Below the pieces are notes generated by a model. That model saw only the letters and a list, made by a program, of their open reading frames with translations, searched no databases and was not told where the DNA came from. The translations under genes and the position numbers were made by a program. A DNA stretch of 35,528 bases, from NCBI GenBank assembly GCA_009886115.1, contig VFJJ01000062.1, forward strand, positions 1 to 35,528, given 5' to 3'. The DNA comes from Actinomycetota bacterium (GTDB lineage Bacteria > Actinomycetota > Acidimicrobiia > IMCC26256 > VFJJ01). Below are positions 1 through 7,424 of the stretch, piece after piece (the stretch's first letter is position 1; every line of letters begins with the position of its first letter).

Positions 1-2519
1 CCGACCTCGGGATTCGACGCCGGTTCGGGCCCCTGCTGGGCGGCACCCGCGGCGCGGCGCCGGGGAAGGGAGTCGTCGGGGTTCGGGGCGCGACGCAGCG
101 CCGTGGGCTCGGCGGGGGGAGCCGTTCTCGGCGGCGACGATCCGGCCAGGGCCTCGATGACCTGGCGGAGCTTGTCGGGTGAAGGCACCGCGGTCGGCGC
201 GGGCGCGGTGGGGCGGGCGATGGGCGTCCGAGGTACCGCGGGCCGCGACGACGAGTCGGGGCCCGCGGCGCCGGGTACGGCCGAGCCCGGTGTGATGCCC
301 CGGCTCGGGGTTGCCCGGGTCGGGGCGGCTGGGGTCGGGCCGGGCTCCCGGGTGCGGGCGCTCGGGGACGCGCTCGGGCGAGGTGCCGGCGTGGCCGGCG
401 TACCGGGGGCGACGGGCACCGAGCCGGTCCGCCGATGCGTCCCCGCCGTGGGCCCGTCCGGGGACCCCGGAGCCGACGGATCCCCCGACGACGGACCGGA
501 GCGCTCAACCGGAGATCCCGCCGGGCGACCGCTGGTGTTGGGCCGGGTTCGACCCTGGAGGCGGCTCGGCATGACGTCGCCGAAGCTGCCCGAGACCCCG
601 TTGCGGAGCCCGCCCGAGCCCGCGCTCACCTGCATGAGACCAGCCGTCGCCGTCGCATCCGAGAGCAGCGCCAGCGGGAGCGTGACGTGGACCGTGATCC
701 CGCCACCGGGTGTCGGCACGAGTCGGACCGTGATCCCGAACCGGGTCGCGAGCCGAGCGACCACGATCATCCCGAGCGTGCGGCTCAGCGCCAGCCCCAT
801 GACCGGCGGCTTGGTCAGGAGCGAGTTGTTCTCGAGGAGGTGGGCATCGCTCATGCCGATCCCGTGGTCGACCACGGTGATCAGATAGGCGTGACCGCCC
901 AGGAGACCCGAGACCTCGACGCGCGTTTCGGGGGGCGAGAAGTGCGCCGCGTTCTCGATGAGCTCGGCGAGCAGGTGCGCCGTGTCGACGGCAGCGCGGC
1001 CGACGATGGTGGCGTCGTCGAAGGTGACCAGGTCGATCCGTGGGAAGTCCTCGATCTCACCGATGGCGCCCCGGATCACGTCCGACAGCGCGACGGCTCG
1101 CTCCCAACGCCGGTTCGGCTCGACACCCGCGAGCACGAGCAGGCTCTCGGCGTTGCGGCGCATGCGGGTCGCCAGATGGTCGAGGGTGAAGAGGTTCTCG
1201 AGCGTGTCGGGATCGCGCTCGTTGGCCTCGAGCTCGTCGAGGAAGCTGATCTGCCGGTCGAGCAGGCTCTGGTTGCGGCGGGCCAGGTTCACGTAGAGGT
1301 CGCTGATCCCCTTGCGCAGCACCACGGCTTGCTCGCGAGCAACCTCGACGGCCACGGCCTGGATGGCGTTGAACGCCTCGGCGAGTTGGCCGATCTCATC
1401 GTCGGACTCGACCTGGACGTTCTCGATGTGGACGGTACCGGTGTCGCCGCCCGGGCTCTTGAGCCGTTCCACCAGACCGGGGAGCTGCACCCGCGCGATC
1501 GAATGCGCCGCGTCGGTCAGGCGCCGGAGCGGGCTCAGGATCGCTCGCACCACGGCGGTGGCGATAAGCAGCGCGAGCAGCACCGCGATGGCGGCACCCG
1601 CAGCGAAGAGCAGCGATTCCCGGTCGGCCTGGGCCCGCAAGGCCGCCGACCGATCGAGAATCTCCCTGTCGAGACGTTGCTCGACGCCCTTGAGCGCTTC
1701 GTGCCTGCTGCCGGCGTAATAGGTCCAGATCGAGGGATCGACGGCGAGCTGACCCTCCGAGGAGGTCGCGAGCAACTGGGAGCGGAGCTCGACGACCTGC
1801 CGCCCGTCGTCGCTGTCGAGAACCTCGGTCAGCCAGGCGCGTTCCTCCTCGGTCGCCGCGGCGGCGTAGCGGGAGAAGGCCTCCTCCTGCAACGCCACGA
1901 TGGCGACGAGGCGTTGGAGCTCATCGCCGGTCAGCGCGCTGACGTTCCAGAAGCTGTCGACGAGGCTGTGCTCCTGGGCGGCGTACTCCTTCGCCTCGGC
2001 GAGCGCGACGTAGGCGGTCACATGGGCCGCCAGCTCCGGCTCGGTCGTCTCGGCCGGGATCCGACCATCGACCGCGAGCAGCTCGTCGATGATCTCGGTG
2101 TATCCGGAGGCGGCCGCCCTGATGTCGGTGCCCGCCAGCGCTCGGAGCTCGGGGAGCCGGGTGAGACCGGCCAGCGCCCGGTCGACGGTCCCACGGAACT
2201 CGGCGCTCACGGCGAGAGACTTGGAGGCCGAGGCTTCGGCCTCGAACTCGGCGACGGCGGCGTCGACGGTGCTCGCCGCCATGTGCGAGCTGCCACCGGC
2301 GTTCGACAGTGGCGCCACAGCGAGATCGCGTTCGATCTGCAGCTCGTGGATGACGGGACCGATGCGACCAGCCAGCCCCGCCAGTCGGGTGATGGTGTCG
2401 GCCGCCTGGACCTCGGCCCGTCGGTCGGAATAGCCCAGGCCCGCGAGGGTGACGAGCGCCAGTGTCGGCGCCACCAACACCGCTGCGAGCTTGAAGCGGA
2501 TCCCCTTGTAGCGAAGCAT
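1..2519 (-). CDS. Membrane sensor histidine kinase (NIT-like sensor, HAMP, HATPase), conservon CvnA-like; 3' end lies beyond the window
   Basis: Manual minus-strand translation from ATG 2519 (in-frame alternative 2534): MLRYKGIRFKLAAVLVAPTLALVTLAGLGY...HELQIERD; VNLARRNQSLLDRQISFLDELE...LFTLDHLATRMRRNAESLLVLAG; HLLAELIENAAHFSPP; DHGIGM; GGGITVHVTLP; Pro-rich tail containing LPRRR. Its absence from the ORF track is consistent with no stop before base 1. Confidence 0.9.
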   Translation of the reverse strand, partial: MLRYKGIRFKLAAVLVAPTLALVTLAGLGYSDRRAEVQAADTITRLAGLAGRIGPVIHELQIERDLAVAPLSNAGGSSHMAASTVDAAVAEFEAEASASKSLAVSAEFRGTVDRALAGLTRLPELRALAGTDIRAAASGYTEIIDELLAVDGRIPAETTEPELAAHVTAYVALAEAKEYAAQEHSLVDSFWNVSALTGDELQRLVAIVALQEEAFSRYAAAATEEERAWLTEVLDSDDGRQVVELRSQLLATSSEGQLAVDPSIWTYYAGSRHEALKGVEQRLDREILDRSAALRAQADRESLLFAAGAAIAVLLALLIATAVVRAILSPLRRLTDAAHSIARVQLPGLVERLKSPGGDTGTVHIENVQVESDDEIGQLAEAFNAIQAVAVEVAREQAVVLRKGISDLYVNLARRNQSLLDRQISFLDELEANERDPDTLENLFTLDHLATRMRRNAESLLVLAGVEPNRRWERAVALSDVIRGAIGEIEDFPRIDLVTFDDATIVGRAAVDTAHLLAELIENAAHFSPPETRVEVSGLLGGHAYLITVVDHGIGMSDAHLLENNSLLTKPPVMGLALSRTLGMIVVARLATRFGITVRLVPTPGGGITVHVTLPLALLSDATATAGLMQVSAGSGGLRNGVSGSFGDVMPSRLQGRTRPNTSGRPAGSPVERSGPSSGDPSAPGSPDGPTAGTHRRTGSVPVAPGTPATPAPRPSASPSARTREPGPTPAAPTRATPSRGITPGSAVPGAAGPDSSSRPAVPRTPIARPTAPAPTAVPSPDKLRQVIEALAGSSPPRTAPPAEPTALRRAPNPDDSLPRRRAAGAAQQGPEPASNPEV

Positions 2520-2828
2520 CCCGTCCCCAGCCATCCGAGCCACGGCTCGGCCCGTGGTCGGCAGGGCCCGACCTCGGCAGCCGAGCCCGGGCGTCTGGTC
2601 GATCCCAGCGGATCAGGCACCCGCATGGTCGTTCGGCATCGGGCCGCTCCGAGTTGAGCCGTGCCGGGGCCGACGTGGGTGAGATGAGCGGTTCGCACGA
2701 CATCGGCCTCCGTGTCCGGAGCTGCCAGGAACCGGCCTGGACCGACCTGCGACCGGTCGTGACGGGTTTCGCGGATGTTCAGGTCGAGCGGCGCGGCGCT
2801 CGTCCCGAGCTGTGGCACCCTGGAGCCG

Positions 2829-4964
2829 ATGCCGAGACACCACAGACCGCGGCCGCGGCTCGGCCGTCGGCGCTCCGTTCCCACCGCCGCCGTGTGCGCG
2901 CTGGCGCTGCTCTCCGGGGCCTGCTCCGGCGACGACGCTCCGCGATCGTCTCCGGCCTCGCAGACCTCGTCGATCCCGGCCGCGTCCACCGACGACACAG
3001 GCGACACCGACGACACAGGCGACTTCACCGCCGCGACGACCCCGTCCGAGCTCACCGTCGAGGGGACCAGCCCCGCGCCCGAGTTCCCGGCAGGCCTCGA
3101 ATGGTTCAACACCGACGACAAGGCGCTCACCTTCGCCGACGATCTGCAGGGAAAGATCGTCCTGCTCGACTTCTGGACCTCGGGCTGCATCAACTGCATC
3201 CACATCATCCCCGACCTCGAACGCCTCGAAGCCGAACATCCCACGCAGCTCGTGGTGATCGGCGTGCACTCGGCCAAGTTCGCCAACGAGGCCACGTCGA
3301 GCTCGATCCGCGACTCGATCCTGCGTTACGGCCTCGAGCATCCCGTGGTGAACGACGACGGCATGGGGATCTGGAACCTCTACGGCGCCCGGGCCTGGCC
3401 GACGCTCGTCCTCGTCGACCCCAACGGCATGGTCGTCGGCGGCCACGAGGGTGAAGGGGTCTACGACGCGGTGAGCCCGCTCGTGGCCACCATGGCCGAG
3501 GAGTTCGGCGCCGCCGGTCTCATCGACGACCGTCCGTTCGAGCTGGTGCTGGAGGCCGCGAGCGCGGCCCCGACGGTGCTGTCGTTCCCCGGTGACGTGC
3601 TCGCCGATCCCGACGGCGGGCGCCTGTTCGTCTCCGACTCCGGCCACGACCGGGTGCTGGTGGCGTCATCCGACGGCACCCTCGAGCTCCAGATCGGCGC
3701 CGGCGTGCCGGGGCTGGTCGACGGCGACGTGGCCACCGCGCAATTCTCCAATCCCCAGGGCTTGGCGCTCTCGGCCGACGGCGACACGCTCTACGTGGCC
3801 GACACCGACAACCACGCCCTCCGGGCCGTCGATCTCACCGCGGGGACCGTGGAGACCATCGCTGGAACGGGCAGCCAGGCCCGCAGCTACCCCGACGGCA
3901 GCCCCGGGCGTGACACGCCACTGTCGTCGCCGTGGGACGTGCTCCGCTTCGGCGACACCCTGTTCCTGGCCATGGCCGGCCTGCACCAGATCTGGGGCTA
4001 CGACCTCGCAGCCGATGCCGTTGGTGTGTTCGTGGGCTCGGGCCGGGAAGGCATCGACGACGGTCCTCCCCAGGATGCAACGCTGGCGCAGCCGTCGGGC
4101 CTGGCCACCGATGGCACGAACCTCTACTTCACCGATCCCGAGACCTCGGCCGTCCGCTCCGTCGCGCTCGACGGCACGGGCGAGGTTCGAACCCTCATCG
4201 GCACCGGGCTCTTCGACTTCGGTGACGTCGACGGCACCCAACCCGACGCCCGCCTGCAACATGCGATCGGCATCGCCGTCACCGGGCCGGGCCGGCTCGT
4301 CATCGCCGACACCTACAACGACAAGCTCAAGACCATCGACGTGCGGGCGCGCACCTCGACGACGCTGGCCGGACGGGGCACACCCGGCATCGCCGACGGC
4401 GTGGGCACGAGCGCTGCGCTGGCCGAGCCCACCGGGCTGTCGTTCGACGGCGAGACGCTCTACGTCGCCGACACCAACAACCACCTCGTGCGGACGGTCG
4501 ACGTTGCGACGGGCACGGTGTCGACGCTCGTGCTGTCGAACCTGGCCGTGGCCAGCCGGGCCGGAGCCGACGTGGTGGTCCCCGTCGAAGGCGTCGACGC
4601 GCTCACGGTGGCATCGGGCACGGCCACCTTCGAGATCACGTTCGATCCGCCCGACGGCTACAAGATCAACGATCTGGGCCCGTTCTCGGTCACGGTCTCG
4701 GTCGACGACCCCGACGTCGTCGCCTACGCCGGCTCGGGCGAGCCGACCGTGCAGGTGGCCGGCCCGAGCTTCCCCGTGATCCTGCCCGTGCGGACGGCCG
4801 CCGGAACGACGACCGTCCACGCCGTGGGCACCGTCTTCTATTGCCGGGAAGGCAACGAGGGCCTCTGCCTCATTCGCGACTACGCCCTCGACATCCCCGT
4901 CACCGTCACCCCGTCCTCGTCGAGCACCCGGATCACCGTGGCCTACAGCCTCCCCGCGGTCTGA
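2829..4964 (+). CDS. Thioredoxin-like + NHL-repeat lipoprotein (NHLRC2/SOQ1-like)
   Basis: Signal peptide with lipobox LSGA-C; DFWTSGCINC thioredoxin motif; GVHSAKF; several NHL repeats (LYVADTDNH, LVIADTYND, LYVADTNNH); C-terminal domain with FYCREGNEGLC. Start 2829 preferred over 2775. Confidence 0.88.
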   Translation: MPRHHRPRPRLGRRRSVPTAAVCALALLSGACSGDDAPRSSPASQTSSIPAASTDDTGDTDDTGDFTAATTPSELTVEGTSPAPEFPAGLEWFNTDDKALTFADDLQGKIVLLDFWTSGCINCIHIIPDLERLEAEHPTQLVVIGVHSAKFANEATSSSIRDSILRYGLEHPVVNDDGMGIWNLYGARAWPTLVLVDPNGMVVGGHEGEGVYDAVSPLVATMAEEFGAAGLIDDRPFELVLEAASAAPTVLSFPGDVLADPDGGRLFVSDSGHDRVLVASSDGTLELQIGAGVPGLVDGDVATAQFSNPQGLALSADGDTLYVADTDNHALRAVDLTAGTVETIAGTGSQARSYPDGSPGRDTPLSSPWDVLRFGDTLFLAMAGLHQIWGYDLAADAVGVFVGSGREGIDDGPPQDATLAQPSGLATDGTNLYFTDPETSAVRSVALDGTGEVRTLIGTGLFDFGDVDGTQPDARLQHAIGIAVTGPGRLVIADTYNDKLKTIDVRARTSTTLAGRGTPGIADGVGTSAALAEPTGLSFDGETLYVADTNNHLVRTVDVATGTVSTLVLSNLAVASRAGADVVVPVEGVDALTVASGTATFEITFDPPDGYKINDLGPFSVTVSVDDPDVVAYAGSGEPTVQVAGPSFPVILPVRTAAGTTTVHAVGTVFYCREGNEGLCLIRDYALDIPVTVTPSSSSTRITVAYSLPAV
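2988..3023 (+). repeat. 18-bp in-frame tandem duplication (TDDTGD x2) in the lipoprotein linker
   Basis: accgacgacacaggcgac occurs twice in tandem. Confidence 0.85.
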
Positions 4965-5001
4965 GAGCGACGCCCGAACCGGCCCAACACCACGCCAGCA
5001 T

Positions 5002-5038
5002 CTGTCGTTGAGAGGGCACAGACCCCCCTGAGCGACAG
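5002..5038. terminator. Imperfect hairpin downstream of the Trx-NHL gene
   Basis: ctgtcgttgagaggg ... ccccctgagcgacag; 12 of 15 positions complementary; no U-tract. Confidence 0.35.
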
Positions 5039-5236
5039 GTGCTCGACCGGGTGTGCCGTTGACCTTCGTCGAGCAGTCACCTCGAGTCGACACGGGAGAG
5101 GTTGTGGGCCGGATTGATCGGGGCCCCTCCGGCTGAAGCCGTCGAGCACGCTGCACGGTGCTGACGGCACAACGGACCACTGGGCAGGAGGTGCGCTACG
5201 GTCTTCCGCTGGTCGATTCGAGTCCTCGACCAATCG

Positions 5237-5373
5237 TGGACGCCCGTGCTCGATCCGGCCGTCCCGTTCCTGGCGCCACTGGTCGGCGGCCTGACGGGCT
5301 GGTCTCGGGCCTCTACCCGTCGTTACGAGCCAGCCGGATGGCCCCCGTCGACGCCCTCAGCGCCGGGATCTGA
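5237..5373 (+). pseudogene. C-terminal remnant of a MacB/FtsX-type ABC permease with a 1-nt frameshift
   Basis: WTPVLDPAVPFLAPLVGGLTG in one frame joins LVSGLYPSLRASRMAPVDALSAGI* in another frame near 5298. This matches the G-x-YPA-x-RA...P-x-x-AL ending of MacB-like permeases. No upstream gene body is recognisable. Confidence 0.7.
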
Positions 5374-5406
5374 TCTGTACTTGTGCCGACTCGGCAACCC
5401 CGACCT

Positions 5407-5459
5407 CCCAAATTGGTGCGGAAATGCCCACGGGATGAGCATTTCCGCACCAATTTGGG
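5407..5459. repeat. Perfect 21-bp inverted repeat (REP-like palindrome or bidirectional terminator)
   Basis: cccaaattggtgcggaaatgc (5407-5427), 11-nt loop, gcatttccgcaccaatttggg (5439-5459); lies between convergent genes. Confidence 0.85.
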
Positions 5460-5546
5460 TGAGGACCTTGACCTTGACCTTGCCGAGCGCAGCGAGGTCC
5501 CGAATTCGCCGCCGACGTGCCGCAGGCACTTGGAGGCGGCACAAGA

Positions 5547-6461
5547 TCAGCCGTTCAGGAAGGCCTTCAGGGATGCGGCGAGCTCGAGGGGCATGTCGCC
5601 CTGGATGGAGTGGCCGGCCCCGTCGAACTTCTCGTAGCGGGTCTCGGGGCGACGGCGGAGGAACTCGGCGACGTCGGCGTCGTCGACCACCGGCGACAGC
5701 ATGCCCCGGGCCAGCACGATGGGCATCGGCAACGCCGAGACGAGCTCCCACAGGTTGCCCCAGGAGGGGAACTCGCGCACGGCGGGCTCGTCCTCGGAGC
5801 CGGTGAACGACCGGTCGTAGTTCCACGCCCACGAACCGTCGTCGAGCTGGTGGGCGTTGTGGAGGATGCCGCGCTTGAGCGACTCGACGGTGCGCGTCGG
5901 GTTGTGCTCGACGGTCCGGGCCAGGAGGTCGTCGTACGAGGCGAACGTCTGCGGGCCGCGGATGAAGTCGGCGACCGCCTTGCCCTTGGTGGCGTCGACG
6001 CCCGGCGTCACGTCGACCACGTACAGCTTGCGCACCAGATCGGGACGACCCGCCCCGAGCGCGATCGACGTGAGACCACCGAGCGACATCCCCACCAGCA
6101 TCTCGGCCTCGGGAGCGAGCACCTCGATGGCCCGCGTCACCTTGGTGGCGTTGCCGTGCGGCCAATACCGATGGTCGGGCCACCACGAGGAATGGCCGTG
6201 TCCCGGCAGGTCGATGCACACGACCGGCTCGCCCAGCGCCATCACCACGGTGTCCCACGTGTGGGCGTTCTGGGCGCCGCCGTGCAGGAACACGACGCGC
6301 GGCGGTCCCGTCCCCCAGACCAGCGCCGACAACGACAACTCCGGCTCGATCTCGACGGCCATCCGTCTGACCGTCGGCGGCGCGTCGTAGGGAAGGCCGT
6401 ACTCGTGGGCGTTCTCGTGAAAGAGCCCGAACTCGTCGTAGTCGATCCGCTCACTCGCCAT
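5547..6461 (-). CDS. Alpha/beta fold hydrolase
   Basis: VFLHGG oxyanion motif, DLPGHGHS, nucleophile GMSLG, C-terminal GAGH. Start MASERIDY is preceded by TACCTT-N7 (leaderless-type -10). Confidence 0.9.
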   Translation of the reverse strand: MASERIDYDEFGLFHENAHEYGLPYDAPPTVRRMAVEIEPELSLSALVWGTGPPRVVFLHGGAQNAHTWDTVVMALGEPVVCIDLPGHGHSSWWPDHRYWPHGNATKVTRAIEVLAPEAEMLVGMSLGGLTSIALGAGRPDLVRKLYVVDVTPGVDATKGKAVADFIRGPQTFASYDDLLARTVEHNPTRTVESLKRGILHNAHQLDDGSWAWNYDRSFTGSEDEPAVREFPSWGNLWELVSALPMPIVLARGMLSPVVDDADVAEFLRRRPETRYEKFDGAGHSIQGDMPLELAASLKAFLNG

Positions 6462-6468
6462 GGCCCGC

Positions 6469-6565
6469 AAGGTATCGCGCGTCGCACGAGAACGCCTGGA
6501 GGGCGACTGGACGCGCTCACCACCACGCCAACGCGGCCGAAGGTCGTCTCCTCGGCGCCTACCAT
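6469..6565. promoter_or_regulatory. Divergent leaderless-type -10 boxes
   Basis: Minus-strand TACCTT (6474-6469) 7 nt before ATG 6461; plus-strand TACCAT (6560-6565) 8 nt before GTG 6574; neither start has a Shine-Dalgarno sequence. Confidence 0.5.
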
Positions 6566-6573
6566 CGACACTC

Positions 6574-7302
6574 GTGAGCCTCGTGAACGACGACCGTGTG
6601 TACTTCCGCCAACTCCTCGCCGGGCGCGACATCGCCGCCGACAACCGGATGGCCCGCCAGATGGTCAACTTCGTGTACCTGATCGGCGATCGCGACACGG
6701 GCGAGTGCGTCGTGGTCGATCCGGCGTGGGGCCCGGCCGACATCGTCAACGTGGCCGCAGCCGACGGCATGCGCATCACCGGTGCCCTGGCCAGCCACTA
6801 CCACATGGACCACATCGGCGGATCCTTGATGGGCCAGGCGGTCGACGGGGTCAGGGAGCTCCTCGAGATCGTGGGCCTCAAGGTTCACTGCCATCGTGAC
6901 GAGTTGGAGTTCGTGCGCAAGACCACGGGCATCTCCGAATCCGACGTCGTGGCCCACGACAGCGGCGACACCGTGATGGTCGGGGCCATTCCCATCGAGC
7001 TGATCCACACGCCCGGGCACACCCCCGGGAGCCAGTGCTTCTTCGTCGCCGACTGCCTCGTCTCGGGCGACACCCTCTTCCTCGATGGCTGCGGACGCAC
7101 CGACTTCCCCGGGTCCGATCCCGAGGCCATGTACGACAGCCTCCACAACCGGTTGGCTCGCATCCCCGACGAGAGCATGCTCTTCCCCGGGCACTGGTAC
7201 GCCCCCGAGCCGGCCGCGCTCATGGGCGACACCCGCCGCTCCAACTACGTCCTCGCCCCCAGGAGCAAGGAGACCTGGCTCGCCATGTTCGGCTCCGGCT
7301 GA
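6574..7302 (+). CDS. MBL-fold metallo-hydrolase (glyoxalase II-like)
   Basis: SHYHMDH (HxHxDH), HTPGHTPGS, SGDTLF..GCGRTD, PGH. Start is GTG 6574 or 6583. Confidence 0.9.
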   Translation: MSLVNDDRVYFRQLLAGRDIAADNRMARQMVNFVYLIGDRDTGECVVVDPAWGPADIVNVAAADGMRITGALASHYHMDHIGGSLMGQAVDGVRELLEIVGLKVHCHRDELEFVRKTTGISESDVVAHDSGDTVMVGAIPIELIHTPGHTPGSQCFFVADCLVSGDTLFLDGCGRTDFPGSDPEAMYDSLHNRLARIPDESMLFPGHWYAPEPAALMGDTRRSNYVLAPRSKETWLAMFGSG

Positions 7303-7424
7303 CGCGGCGACCGGTTCGCTCGAGTCGTGTCTCCGGATTCGGCGGAATCGCCCGCCGAGACCTTGACCGCACCCCAACTGATCATGACCATGACCCGATC
7401 ACTTCCCCCGTCCTACGAGAGCCG

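Noticed and set aside
435..2657. 740-aa plus-strand ORF
   Set aside because: Antisense shadow of the minus-strand histidine kinase; no recognisable motifs.
4965..5236. Possible ncRNA or riboswitch in the intergenic region
   Set aside because: Only one imperfect hairpin and no family motif that I can recognise; an Rfam search would be needed.
5407..5459. Terminal inverted repeats of an IS element
   Set aside because: Arms are only 11 nt apart; no transposase or target-site duplication seen.
5547..7302. Alpha/beta hydrolase and MBL hydrolase as tailoring or resistance genes of the NRPS-PKS; MBL as a beta-lactamase
   Set aside because: Both look like generic housekeeping families with their own leaderless-type promoters. 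The MBL has glyoxalase II-like motifs and no signal peptide. Linkage to the cluster cannot be supported from sequence alone.
7035..7424. N-terminal extension of the NRPS ORF
   Set aside because: Overlaps the MBL gene in another frame and is Arg-rich nonsense; formyltransferase similarity begins at ATG 7425.
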